Shown here one piece after another: positions 19,969 to 29,353 of a stretch of DNA of 64,000 bases (positions within the stretch are counted from its first letter, which is position 1; every line of letters starts with the position of its first letter). The stretch comes from an uncultured Methanosarcinales archaeon (GTDB lineage: Archaea; Nanobdellota; Nanobdellia; Woesearchaeales; UBA12501): contig CAYNHV010000005.1 of assembly GCA_964397315.1 (NCBI GenBank), forward strand, positions 1-64,000, written 5' to 3'. The translations under genes were made by a program, and so were the position numbers. The notes beneath the pieces are model-generated. The model did not search any database. It had not been told where the DNA came from and saw only the letters and a program-made list of their open reading frames with translations.

Positions 19969-20235
19969 TCAGTCATCAGTCCCTTGCTCTGGCTGAGCCT
20001 TCTGCAGGGCATCATCTTCTTCCATACACCTTATGGTCGTTGTTGTGGATAAGTACATTCCCAGCATGAACATAACCGTGCTGAGAATGAAAGGAGAGAA
20101 ATCCATAAGAAGCATTCTGCCAGAGGCAGTCACCTTCATCATGGTGAAGATAAAGAACCAGGATCCAAGAAGGCAGCACAGGGAGCCCGCGATCAGGTAG
20201 ACTATATTTCTTATTATCGTGAATGTTTCCTTCAC
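19969..20235 (-). CDS. Two-TM membrane protein
   Basis: AGGAGGTG SD, GTG start, two TM helices. Confidence 0.7.
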   Translation of the reverse strand: MKETFTIIRNIVYLIAGSLCCLLGSWFFIFTMMKVTASGRMLLMDFSPFILSTVMFMLGMYLSTTTTIRCMEEDDALQKAQPEQGTDD

Positions 20236-20274
20236 TCCATCACCTCCTTTCTTTTGGTCTTGTTCTGGATTGAT

Positions 20275-20310
20275 GGCGCTCCCTGCTCTTTTCAGGAGTT
20301 AAGAGAGCGC
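20275..20310 (-). repeat. Intergenic hairpin repeat H
   Basis: ggcgctccctgctcttttcaggagttaagagagcgc, identical to the start of the 21882 and 23076 copies. Confidence 0.9.
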
Positions 20311-20323
20311 TGTGGCAGTAGCG

Positions 20324-20719
20324 TTATTGTTCTGCTTCGGGATTCTTGAGGAACTTGGTAACATCATAATGGCCGTATGCTTCTGCAAGCTGCATTGGCG
20401 TGTTCTTCAATTTGTTGGTGGGGTTGAGCTCTTTCATGGCTTCAGCAAGAACACCGACAACTGCAGACCTGCCGTGGGCTGCAGCAAGGTGCAGCGGAGT
20501 GTTGCCGACATTATCCTTAACATTGACATCAGCGCCTTTGCTTATTAGAGCTTTCGCGATTACAGCAAAGCCTTCTCTTGCTGCAAGATGCAGCGCTGTC
20601 ATGCCCCCTATATCCCCCATGTCCGGGTCAGCTCCCTGTTTGATGCAATCCTCCACAGCTTCAAGATTGTTGCTCAAGACTGCCGTGAAAAGCCTTTTGC
20701 GCTTCTCATCCTCCTGCAT
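20324..20719 (-). CDS. Ankyrin repeat protein
   Basis: G.TALHLAAREG...LI.KGADVN.KD..GNTPLHLAA..G; AGGAGGTG SD before ATG 20719. Confidence 0.95.
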   Translation of the reverse strand: MQEDEKRKRLFTAVLSNNLEAVEDCIKQGADPDMGDIGGMTALHLAAREGFAVIAKALISKGADVNVKDNVGNTPLHLAAAHGRSAVVGVLAEAMKELNPTNKLKNTPMQLAEAYGHYDVTKFLKNPEAEQ

Positions 20720-20762
20720 GAGTCTCACCTCCTTTCATTGAAAAGATTTTATTTGGGGTTAA

Positions 20763-20800
20763 CAGCGCTCCTTCATCAGGGGAAGTAAGAAGGAGCGCCG
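20763..20800 (-). repeat. Divergent copy of hairpin H
   Basis: gcgctccttc...gaaggagcgc stem between a stop codon and an SD. Confidence 0.75.
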
Positions 20801-20809
20801 CGGTGGTTG

Positions 20810-21844
20810 TTAAAGTAAGGGAGTTCCCCTGCTTTGCAGTATTACGCCGGTCAGGTGGGCCAGCTCTGCCATCTGCTCTTCAGTGTAGTTTCCCTCGCCG
20901 AGGATGTTATCCAGGGCCATTGAGAATGTGTCCGGCATCGGCAGCTCAGGGTCAGTGCAAAGATGAGTGAACCACCCCTTCCTTTCTTTTGCTTCTTTCA
21001 GCAGGCGCGAGAATTCCCTGTCTCTCAGCTTGACAGACGGCTCGGCTTTTTTACTGAGGTATTCCACTACCCCTGCTGCGCCTCCCTTCTTTACTGAGAA
21101 AAATGTCTTGTTCAGGAGTTTAACTGGCTTGCCGTCGGCTGACACAATCCCCTTGTTGTCATCCCAGGAGCAGGGATTCTCCGGGAATTTCCTGTGAATC
21201 TGCGTGGTAGACGCATAAGAAAGCACCAGCGAGCCGTCTTCGTTCTTGTCAAGAACAGTAACTTTCAGGGGGGCTTTGTGCAGTAACAGGATATCTCCCT
21301 GCTCCAGGCTTTCCCATTTCTCCCTCATGCAGGAGAGAAGGTTACTCATCCTTTTATGGAAGTCCTCCTCAAGGACAATCCTGAGTCCCGCCGGATCCGC
21401 GAACATCTCGCCGGTTTTTGTAACCGGGCATGCTCTCTCTTCATCCCAGTGAACAGGGTTGGAATCTTGCGGCTGACTCTCATGGCTATCAGTATAGGAA
21501 AGCACCAGGCCGTCATGGAATTCTTTAAGCACCTTGAATATTGAGGGACCGCACTGAAGGTACTGCCCTTCCTCCAGGCTGTACCACATCTCCTTTACCG
21601 CTATGGAGGAATAGATGCCGGTATAGTAGGGAACCTTGCAGTCAGCTTCTCTTCTGGATTTCATGGGAAGGTCGCGCTTGTCGCTCCACTTTACTTTCCT
21701 TCTTTCTCCAGAGGGGATATCCTTGAGGGTAAGTTTCCCCCTACGCGCTTTCTCAACAAGGAACCACATCCTTTGAGTCTGGATTACATCGCCTACTCCC
21801 AGTGAAGACCATGTTTCCCTGTCCATTATTTTCTCTCTTTGCAT
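20810..21844 (-). CDS. Hypothetical protein with three internal W.SL..GD repeats (paralog 1)
   Basis: WSSLGVGD, WYSLEEGQ, WESLEQGD; similar along its length to 21929-23050. Confidence 0.85.
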   Translation of the reverse strand: MQREKIMDRETWSSLGVGDVIQTQRMWFLVEKARRGKLTLKDIPSGERRKVKWSDKRDLPMKSRREADCKVPYYTGIYSSIAVKEMWYSLEEGQYLQCGPSIFKVLKEFHDGLVLSYTDSHESQPQDSNPVHWDEERACPVTKTGEMFADPAGLRIVLEEDFHKRMSNLLSCMREKWESLEQGDILLLHKAPLKVTVLDKNEDGSLVLSYASTTQIHRKFPENPCSWDDNKGIVSADGKPVKLLNKTFFSVKKGGAAGVVEYLSKKAEPSVKLRDREFSRLLKEAKERKGWFTHLCTDPELPMPDTFSMALDNILGEGNYTEEQMAELAHLTGVILQSRGTPLL

Positions 21845-21881
21845 CAGTTTACTCCTTTCTTCAGGATTTGTTTAAGGTTAT

Positions 21882-21936
21882 GGCGCTCCCTGCTCTTTTC
21901 AGGAGTTAAGAGAGCGCCGGGTGGCGGTTTATTGGT
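21882..21936 (-). repeat. 55-bp direct repeat containing hairpin H
   Basis: Identical to 23076-23130. Confidence 0.95.
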
Positions 21937-23050
21937 CGCGTCTGGAAAGCAGCCGGGATAACAGACTGCCAAGTCTTAATGAAGAAAACCGGCTTTTTTC
22001 CTCCTCCAGTTTTATGTGGAAATCCAGGATGAGGGAGACGATGCGTGCCAGCTGCTCTTTGTTGTAATTGCCCTCCCCCAGGATTCTGTCCAGTGCTATG
22101 CTGACTGCATCCTGAAGATTAAGGTTGTTGAGGGATTCCATGATATCTTTGATTTCTTCCGTATGCCTGCTTATGATTTGCCCACATTCCTCTGTGCTGA
22201 GCTTGATTGATGGTTGAAATTTTTTTCTGTAATGTTCCAGGATTTCCATAGCTCCGCCTTTTTTGACTGAGAAGAGCTTGTCGCTGAGACCTGTCACATG
22301 AACCCCTTCAAAACTGACAATGCCATTTTCATCATCCCATCTGCAGGGGCTTCCCTGAAACACCTTGGTAGTGGGCGGATTGCGGCTCATGGAAAGAGTC
22401 AGCCCATCTTCTGCACTGTCCAGGACTGCTATCTCCTCCTCGGAGCCGGGAGAGTCTGGATTCTTCACCACTATGCTGTCTCCAGGCTCAAGGCTGTGCC
22501 ATGCCTCTTTCATTGATGATACTACCTGGATGAGGTCCTCTTCTGTAACAACCCTGAAAGGGAGAAGGGGAGCAAAAGGGCGGCCGTCTTTCATAGGCAA
22601 TTTATTTTTCTCATCCCAGTAAGAAGGGCTGAGGGCAGGATTTACCCCCTGGTGTTTATCACCGTAGGACAACATCAGTCCTCTGTCATCCCTTTTCTTG
22701 ATAACCCTTATCAGCCCGGTGGGGGGACGCAACAAATTTAGGTTTAGGTAATCGCCTTCCTTGAGCGCCTTCCATTCCTTCTCCATCCCTGCCAGCTCTT
22801 CTGAAGAGAAGACGGCTGAGATAGGGGAGATATGGGAATAAGAAGTCCCGTCCTCTTCCACAGGCAAAAGCGTGTCAGTCCATGTGAGCTTTACCTTTTC
22901 TCCGTCGAAAAGATTCCTGAGTGTCAGCACCCCCTCCTTGCGATGGGCTGTTTCTACGATGTGAAATGTTCCACTTGGGAGAGGAAGGACACCGACTATA
23001 ATGTCTCCTTTCTTCAGGGAATACCACCGTTCAGGTGCTAGTTTATCCAT
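21929..23050 (-). CDS. Hypothetical protein with three internal W.SL..GD repeats (paralog 2)
   Basis: WYSLKKGD, WKALKEGD, WHSLEPGD; shared FSVKKGGA and ALD.ILGEGNY. Confidence 0.85.
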   Translation of the reverse strand: MDKLAPERWYSLKKGDIIVGVLPLPSGTFHIVETAHRKEGVLTLRNLFDGEKVKLTWTDTLLPVEEDGTSYSHISPISAVFSSEELAGMEKEWKALKEGDYLNLNLLRPPTGLIRVIKKRDDRGLMLSYGDKHQGVNPALSPSYWDEKNKLPMKDGRPFAPLLPFRVVTEEDLIQVVSSMKEAWHSLEPGDSIVVKNPDSPGSEEEIAVLDSAEDGLTLSMSRNPPTTKVFQGSPCRWDDENGIVSFEGVHVTGLSDKLFSVKKGGAMEILEHYRKKFQPSIKLSTEECGQIISRHTEEIKDIMESLNNLNLQDAVSIALDRILGEGNYNKEQLARIVSLILDFHIKLEEEKSRFSSLRLGSLLSRLLSRRDQ

Positions 23051-23075
23051 TTCATCCTCCTTTCTTTTTTGTTAA

Positions 23076-23130
23076 GGCGCTCCCTGCTCTTTTCAGGAGT
23101 TAAGAGAGCGCCGGGTGGCGGTTTATTGGT
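23076..23130 (-). repeat. 55-bp direct repeat containing hairpin H
   Basis: Identical to 21882-21936. Confidence 0.95.
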
Positions 23131-23288
23131 TGTTCAAACCTGGAAGATCTGAAAGCGAGTCTTTGCTGCCGCATTTCATGTCACTGCTGCTTTTGCAATC
23201 GCTCTTACCTCCTCTCTTTTCCTGTTTTCCCTGTTCTCCTCGCGTGAGCCTTATCAGGAGCGCATTCTGCAAATATGATATTCAGCGC

Positions 23289-23762
23289 TCAGGCTGCGCA
23301 CTCATCCTTGCTCCCGGCCACAACCCTAAGGCCGTAGTTTTCAAGGTCTATTGTCTCAATGCCGTGCAGCTTCACGAGATTCTCAAAGCTTTCCCGGCCG
23401 ATCTCAAGGTAGTAGCGCTCCATGTATTTCTCCTTTATGAGCAGGTAGCCCAGGACAAAATTTGCGCTAGCCCCTTTCGCAGGCTCTTTTGCGATGAAAG
23501 GCCCTTCAATGCTTATTTCTCCCTTCCTGAAGAGGCTGACCAGGCCTTCAACCAGTTTTCCAGCAAGCTCATGCTCCCTCACTCTCTTCCCCAGGATCTT
23601 CTCAGCCAGCTCTTGCTTCTTCTCCAGCCGTTTAACTATGGCCCAGGCCATTACTCTCATGGTGTGCTCGTCACCCAGCTCTCCCTGCTGGTAGAAAAAG
23701 ACGGCCTCTGCAAAGTGCTTTTCATCCTCCTGATTGGAGTTGTTAATCACAGGATTCTCCAA
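23289..23762 (-). CDS. Hypothetical protein
   Basis: AGGAGG SD, TTG start, coding-like composition. Confidence 0.7.
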   Translation of the reverse strand: MENPVINNSNQEDEKHFAEAVFFYQQGELGDEHTMRVMAWAIVKRLEKKQELAEKILGKRVREHELAGKLVEGLVSLFRKGEISIEGPFIAKEPAKGASANFVLGYLLIKEKYMERYYLEIGRESFENLVKLHGIETIDLENYGLRVVAGSKDECAA

Positions 23763-24016
23763 TTCTGAGCCCTCCTTTCTAGCTCTTGCTTTTCTTGGAT
23801 TCTTCTCCTGCAGGAGGAGAGGCAGCCGCCTGTCTTTTTGCGGACTTCTTGCTGCGATAATGGGGGCCTTCTCTCACCCTGCCCAGCTCATTGTTCCGCC
23901 TGCATTTTTCTCTTGAAAGCTTGCTTGCCATCTGCTTCTCCTTTCTCATGCTCGCGCCCTTGCGCGCAGGGGCTCCTTGCTCCTTCCTTTTTCTTTCTCA
24001 TCAGGCTTTTTTGCCT

Positions 24017-24271
24017 TTATAACTGGATGATCTCAGGAAGACCAGGCTGCATCAGCTTGTTGTGCTCTTCCTCTGGCAGGAATTCAGTCAGCAGGACATG
24101 AAGGGGGATTATCTTTTTTGACATTGTCACAGCCACCACCATGCCGAACATAGGGACCACTTTTTTCACATACACTACTTCATTTCCTTCCCTGCTAACG
24201 TACTTGACTCCCTCTATTCCTTTTCCTTTTCTCACGTCGCTTTCATCTTCCTTGCTGGTGAATCTTCCCAT
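24017..24271 (-). CDS. Small hypothetical protein
   Basis: AGGAGG SD. Confidence 0.65.
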   Translation of the reverse strand: MGRFTSKEDESDVRKGKGIEGVKYVSREGNEVVYVKKVVPMFGMVVAVTMSKKIIPLHVLLTEFLPEEEHNKLMQPGLPEIIQL

Positions 24272-24347
24272 TTATCTCCTCCTTTGATTAGTGATTGATA
24301 TTTGCTGCGCTGTTATTTTCAATTGTATTTTCAATTGTGAAATGTTT

Positions 24348-24390
24348 AAAAAAAGAGGGAGCCCTCCAGACCGTGAAAGAAGACTCCCTC
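24348..24390 (-). terminator. Hairpin + T7 intrinsic terminator
   Basis: gagggag(24355-61)/ctccctc(24384-90) stem followed by 7 T on the minus strand. Confidence 0.6.
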
Positions 24391-24415
24391 AGGGGCAACT
24401 GTTCCGGCAGGGTTT

Positions 24416-24808
24416 TCAGGCGTCTGATTTGTGGCTTAAGACAGCTGTGACTTTCTTCCGCAGGGTTTCCTCTTTTTCCCTGCCTGTGATGCAGAGTTGG
24501 TTGATGTTCCGGATTATATCCTGCATTCCAGGGAAGAGGTTTGCCCAGCCATTAAGCCCTTTTTTCAATGACTCCCGGTCTGCTCTCAGGGAGCTGACGA
24601 GGAAGTGGACATCTGAATCATTGTTCTTGACAACATCCTCCGGAGACTCTGAAATGTCAAGCTTGCGTATGACAGGGTCCTTTATGCCAAACTCCCCCAG
24701 GATGTCTTTCAGCCTCTCAAGACAGTCGTCGCCTTTTGGCCCTTGTTTTAGGTTGGCCCTAACAATGATACAGCAATTGTACCTGCTGCTCTGCTCGATT
24801 TCCTGCAT
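24416..24808 (-). CDS. Hypothetical protein
   Basis: GAGGAGG SD before ATG. Confidence 0.65.
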   Translation of the reverse strand: MQEIEQSSRYNCCIIVRANLKQGPKGDDCLERLKDILGEFGIKDPVIRKLDISESPEDVVKNNDSDVHFLVSSLRADRESLKKGLNGWANLFPGMQDIIRNINQLCITGREKEETLRKKVTAVLSHKSDA

Positions 24809-24914
24809 GGAATTCCTCCTCTTGCTTTTGTTTTTGCCAGCACACTTCCACTTTTATGTGAACTTCCACTCAACTTAGGGCATATTGGAGGGCATTGTTC
24901 AGGCATGGAAAGGC

Positions 24915-25628
24915 TTATTGGTAGGGGTGGGGGCTGGGGGCTCTCAGGAGGAACCACACCTTGTTGTCAGTGCGGTATTCCCTGAGCTTTATTGTTGATG
25001 CAGGCGGGTTTTTCTGGATGCACTCTCCCAGCCTGAACACGCCTTTTGACTGCGCCCACACTCTTGCCTCAAACACGCTGTCAGCGCTTTCAGGGTCTAT
25101 GTCAGCTGATGCCACAGCATACACATACTTGCTGCCGAGGAGCTCTTTGGTGTAGAGCTTCTTACTGCTGGCTACCCACTCAGGCTTCTCAAGGGCGACA
25201 GTTTGCTCAAGATAATTCTCCGGCACAGTGGGCCTGACATCAGAGGGAGCCTCAATCCTCAGCAGCGCCCATGTCCTGTCAGTGCCGATATGGTAGTCCA
25301 CTGCCTCGTAATCCTGCTGGTAGAGAGTGCAGCCCGTGTGCTGCTCCAGTATCTTCTTGGCCCACTCCCTGGCAGCTATCCTGCCGCAGTCGTGGGGGGC
25401 GCATTCCATGTCTCCGGCCACTTCCACGTTCCGGTCCTGGCCGACTGCGTAATAGTAGGGCTTGCCTTCTGACTCCATCACAAAGAGCTCAGGCCCCTGG
25501 GTCCACGCAGGCAATGCGTTCTCTTTTGCATCTGAACCTGCAGCGCTGGCAGTTAATGCCAGAAGCAGGGCGAGCAGGGCTGCAGCAGCTCCTGCAATTG
25601 CATGGTTTCTGGTCATTGCTTTTCTCAT
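24915..25628 (-). CDS. Secreted protein with two LPP20-like domains
   Basis: Signal peptide; repeated P.W...Y.YAV...AR.WA pattern (PAWTQG/PEWVAS). Confidence 0.65.
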   Translation of the reverse strand: MRKAMTRNHAIAGAAAALLALLLALTASAAGSDAKENALPAWTQGPELFVMESEGKPYYYAVGQDRNVEVAGDMECAPHDCGRIAAREWAKKILEQHTGCTLYQQDYEAVDYHIGTDRTWALLRIEAPSDVRPTVPENYLEQTVALEKPEWVASSKKLYTKELLGSKYVYAVASADIDPESADSVFEARVWAQSKGVFRLGECIQKNPPASTIKLREYRTDNKVWFLLRAPSPHPYQ

Positions 25629-25737
25629 GGTATCTTCTCCTTTCAAATTGGGGTGTTTCCACATTAAGGCATTTTGCCATGTTTCCTGTTATCTCCTTGA
25701 TTTCCTGCTTTGCTTTTTGGCTTTGTTTTGCCGCCTC

Positions 25738-25989
25738 CTACTCTGCTGCATTCACCTCGCATGTTTCCTCTGAAATCCTCGCTGCAGGAGCGAACTTGCC
25801 GAGGTTTATTATGGAGTTAAGCACCTGCATAGCCCTGCACACCCAGCCTGCTTCAAGCAGCGATGTAAGGTGTAACGCCTGATTGCAGATTATTGCGCCT
25901 TGATCCCACGCCCTGCATATCTCCACTGCGGTATCCTGGCGCTCTGATAAGGGATCTGTTAATCCCTGGGCTTCACTCACCTCGTTCAT
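25738..25989 (-). CDS. Small hypothetical protein
   Basis: G-rich SD before MNEVSE; overlaps the upstream gene. Confidence 0.45.
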   Translation of the reverse strand: MNEVSEAQGLTDPLSERQDTAVEICRAWDQGAIICNQALHLTSLLEAGWVCRAMQVLNSIINLGKFAPAARISEETCEVNAAE

Positions 25990-26455
25990 GGATTTCCCCC
26001 TTTCTTTTCCTGCAGACTTCTGCATTCGTGGCTGCCATTGCTATGTTCTCCCGGAGCATGCCTCTTATAGCAGGTATCTCCTCATGAGAAGAGTTATTGA
26101 ATGACTTTGCCTTATTAGTCAGCTCCTTTACCAGCCAGCTTATATGCTCCTTTCTGCCGTACACTGTTATGGACTTTGAGAATCCTTCTTTGCTTTCCTC
26201 GCAGGGCAGCACATCTTTCACAATCTGCTCAACAAGAGGGATCATGTGTCCTGATGTTGTCTCATAAAAGGTTATTGAGGGCAGCTCCCTAAAGTTGAGG
26301 AAGAACTGGCAGGAGGTGAATATGCCCTTATCAGTTGCGACAACGAAAACCTGCCCTTCAGGGTCAGATTCGTCTTCAAAGGGAAACAAGTGGCTGAGAG
26401 GATATATGCCGAACACTTCAACCAGCTGCCCTGTTGCGATATGGAAAAACTTCAT
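25973..26455 (-). CDS. Hypothetical protein
   Basis: AGGAGG SD. Confidence 0.65.
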   Translation of the reverse strand: MKFFHIATGQLVEVFGIYPLSHLFPFEDESDPEGQVFVVATDKGIFTSCQFFLNFRELPSITFYETTSGHMIPLVEQIVKDVLPCEESKEGFSKSITVYGRKEHISWLVKELTNKAKSFNNSSHEEIPAIRGMLRENIAMAATNAEVCRKRKGEIHERGE

Positions 26456-26493
26456 TTTTATCTTCCTCCTTTTTTAGTGAAAGTTAAGGGCAA

Positions 26494-26536
26494 GCGCACC
26501 ACTGAGGTCTTCAGCTGAGTGTGCAGAGTGGTGCGC
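26494..26536 (-). other. Intergenic GC-rich hairpin related in position to repeat H
   Basis: gcgcaccact/agtggtgcgc 10-bp stem between a stop codon and an SD. Confidence 0.65.
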
Positions 26537-26576
26537 GCCTGAATCCCTGTTATTATCCTTCCCGGCCTGGCTGCGC

Positions 26577-27047
26577 TCATTGCATTGGAGCTGAGAGGAA
26601 ACTGCCGCCGCCTTCAGAGTCCCATGTTTCAATAAGGTCTGAGGGATTCACCTGCTCCACAGCTGTTATGCTCAGCTTATTGATGAGGCAGTCAGCCTCT
26701 TCTGCAGGAAGCCTGAGTGTTATGAACCTGCAGCTGATGCCCATGCTGTCCCTGCATTTGATGTAGTAGGTGAAGGAGGTGTAATCGCTCCTGCAGGCAG
26801 CTCTTTTTTCCTCCAACATTCTCCTGACCTCAGGCAAGAATACATCTAAGAGGTTCGGCCTGCTTTCCTCCCCTCTCATTGCAGGATGTCCTGATATCAC
26901 AGGCCCGAATATGCGGATGTCCTGCTCGTCAAGTGACGGAACATTCTCTCTCAGTATCGCCAGAACATTGGCGTCCCTGTTGCCTCTCTTTGCCTGCTCC
27001 AGGGCCATGATGAGCTTCTTTCTTGCCTCAAGGCTCATATTTCCCAT
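26577..27047 (-). CDS. Hypothetical protein
   Basis: AGGAGG SD. Confidence 0.65.
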   Translation of the reverse strand: MGNMSLEARKKLIMALEQAKRGNRDANVLAILRENVPSLDEQDIRIFGPVISGHPAMRGEESRPNLLDVFLPEVRRMLEEKRAACRSDYTSFTYYIKCRDSMGISCRFITLRLPAEEADCLINKLSITAVEQVNPSDLIETWDSEGGGSFLSAPMQ

Positions 27048-27175
27048 TTTTTCCTCCTTTTCATAAGGCTAAGAGGTTATTGTTTGAATAGTTGTTTGGT
27101 TGTTTGAAGAGCTGCCTCTCTAATGAAAAGCAGCTCTTCACCTGTTCATGACTCAGTTTGCCTATGATGGCAGGG

Positions 27176-29047
27176 TTATTCAGGCAGGCTGAGGCTGAAT
27201 TCCACCACTCCGCTGACAGGGGACACCGGGCCTCCTGCGCTGCCTGTATCATGATTCGTGATATTCACCCTGTTCTTGGAGTCTGTATCATAGGTCATCA
27301 CATTGCCCAGGAAGTTGACAACGCTTGTGGTGTCGTCAAGGACATGCTTTGTTCCGGAATCCCATATCCAGGCTGAGGCGTACAGCTCTTCATCATCACT
27401 GTCTTCGCTGATGATATAACCAAAGTAGTTCCCTCCTGCATCCTCAAAGTCAACCTGTAGGCTTCTGCTGGGAAGGCTAAGGTCAAAGGCGCCGTCGTAA
27501 AGGGTGGGGATGTAGTTGAAGGTGGAGAGGTTGGTGTATGCTGCTGCAAGGGTGTAGTTTGTGTCATAGGATACAGGCAGGTTGATGGTGCCGATTCCGC
27601 TGATTTCCATGCTTCCGTCAGAGAATGCGTTCCATACAACCTCATGCGCCTCTCCAGTTGTGAGGTTTTTCACGTCAGCTGTTATGCTGCTGCCTTCTGC
27701 TATGCTGCTCAGCTCCAGAATGTTGAGGGCTCCTGAGCTGTCCATTGCAGCGACAAGAACTCCCTCAAAATCCTGTAGGGAAGCGGCTTCAACTGTCTGG
27801 GCGCATGCAGGGCAGAATGTCTGGTCTGACAGCAGAGGATGATCAGGCTCTCCAATCACGATTCCGCTGCCTGTGCCGTACATTGGGATGTCCACTCTTC
27901 TGCTGTCCTTGTTTGTGAGGGACACCTCTCCCAGGCCGGCTGAGGCGTTCCACTCAACTGTCTCGCTCTGGTTGTATATTCCGTTGTATGTCCAGTTGAA
28001 CCCATTGACGGGACAGGTAACAGCCTGGCCAGGCTTGAGCGCTTCCCCACCTGCAGGATCTTCGGCACCGTATCCGAAAACTTCAAGATAACCATTTCCG
28101 CTTGTGTAGGAGTCAATGTAGCTGACAGTGCCTTCCACTTCCTCGCTGTTGCGCTTGAGGGGCTGGCCGTCCTTGCTGAACTGCACCTCTTCTGCGTGCA
28201 GGATTACCTGGCAGGCATTGGAGATTGTTTCTGTGACTCCTACGCTGATGCTGCCGGCCTTTTCCATGCTGCCCTCGCTTATGTTGACAGTGTCAGTGTT
28301 GACGCTCACGCTGCAGGAGCCTGAAGAAGGCAGCGGCTCCACAGTTACTTCAGCAGCCCCGCCTGCGCAGCTGTTTTGGCACTGGCTTGCCTGGTAGAAG
28401 TAGTATGTCACGCCGGACTCAAGGAACACGGGATTGAAGCCTTTTGTGCTCCGCATCAGGGTGAGGTATGTTATCTCACCAATGTTCCTGCTCGCAGAGG
28501 TTATGATGTTCTCCACATGGTATCCTGCAACCGGAATGCTTATGCTTGTTCCGGCCAGGTCCTCTTGCGTCTCCTGCAGGGAGTATTCAACTGGCTCGTC
28601 AAACCAGAGCTCCCAGGTGTAGGCGAGCTGCGGGCTTTCCTGGAAAGAGAGCAGAGGCCCCATGTAATCCCCCTTTGTGCCATAGTGGTGCTCCACCCTG
28701 AACCAGGCCTCTGACTCGTAGGAGGTTGAGTTGTCATTGGCGCCTTTACTGTCATTGTACTCGCCAGCAAACTCAGGCAGCTGATAGCTTCCTGCTGTGT
28801 AGGCGCTTACGGCGTAGTTGGGGTAATAGTTGTAGGAGGAGTCCAGCTTCTGCTGTGAGACTATGTTGCTGTCCTCCTCAACCTGCGGCGTGTCATTGCT
28901 GTTATTGTAATTGTTTATGGTTGTGTCCCCTCCGCTGTCTCCGCAGCCGGTGGCGAGCATTGCGGTCATGAGTGCGGTTATCACGGCAATGGTTATGGCC
29001 GGCTGCACATTCGCTATTGTTCTTACTATTGTTCTTACTATCCTCAT
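27176..29047 (-). CDS. Lipoprotein resembling DPANN S-layer-like proteins
   Basis: AGGAGG SD before MRIVRT; LATGC lipobox; acidic beta-rich body with AYTWELWFDEPV...DLAGTSISI. Confidence 0.65.
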   Translation of the reverse strand: MRIVRTIVRTIANVQPAITIAVITALMTAMLATGCGDSGGDTTINNYNNSNDTPQVEEDSNIVSQQKLDSSYNYYPNYAVSAYTAGSYQLPEFAGEYNDSKGANDNSTSYESEAWFRVEHHYGTKGDYMGPLLSFQESPQLAYTWELWFDEPVEYSLQETQEDLAGTSISIPVAGYHVENIITSASRNIGEITYLTLMRSTKGFNPVFLESGVTYYFYQASQCQNSCAGGAAEVTVEPLPSSGSCSVSVNTDTVNISEGSMEKAGSISVGVTETISNACQVILHAEEVQFSKDGQPLKRNSEEVEGTVSYIDSYTSGNGYLEVFGYGAEDPAGGEALKPGQAVTCPVNGFNWTYNGIYNQSETVEWNASAGLGEVSLTNKDSRRVDIPMYGTGSGIVIGEPDHPLLSDQTFCPACAQTVEAASLQDFEGVLVAAMDSSGALNILELSSIAEGSSITADVKNLTTGEAHEVVWNAFSDGSMEISGIGTINLPVSYDTNYTLAAAYTNLSTFNYIPTLYDGAFDLSLPSRSLQVDFEDAGGNYFGYIISEDSDDEELYASAWIWDSGTKHVLDDTTSVVNFLGNVMTYDTDSKNRVNITNHDTGSAGGPVSPVSGVVEFSLSLPE

Positions 29048-29176
29048 CTTGATTCCTCCTTTCAGGAATTGTAAGGTTGAATCATAGTCTTGATTTCCCT
29101 TTGGTTTCTGGTTTTTACTCTCCAGTAGAGACATTCTCAGGAGCTGCAAAAAAAGAGAACAACAAGCCAGGCAGCA

Positions 29177-29353
29177 TCAGGATTTCCTGCTTTTTCGTTT
29201 TCTTCTCCTCCTTCTGGGAGTTATGCCTGTATCTCTGCTCTCCTCTTCGCTCCTGTCTTCTTCTCCGGATTTCTCTCCAGGTTCTCCTCTAGCAAGACTT
29301 TGTCTTGACCTTTGGGTGTGTCTTCCCGGGCCTTCCCTGTCGTTTCTGGCCAT
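29177..29353 (-). CDS. Small charged protein with Arg-rich tail
   Basis: AGGAGGTG SD before MARND; ends PRRRRRKRKSRKS. Confidence 0.45.
   Translation of the reverse strand: MARNDREGPGRHTQRSRQSLARGEPGEKSGEEDRSEEESRDTGITPRRRRRKRKSRKS

Noticed and set aside
20275..23130. Canonical integron attC sites
   Set aside because: The hairpins lack paired RYYYAAC/GTTRRRY boxes on the gene strand, and no IntI tyrosine recombinase is present
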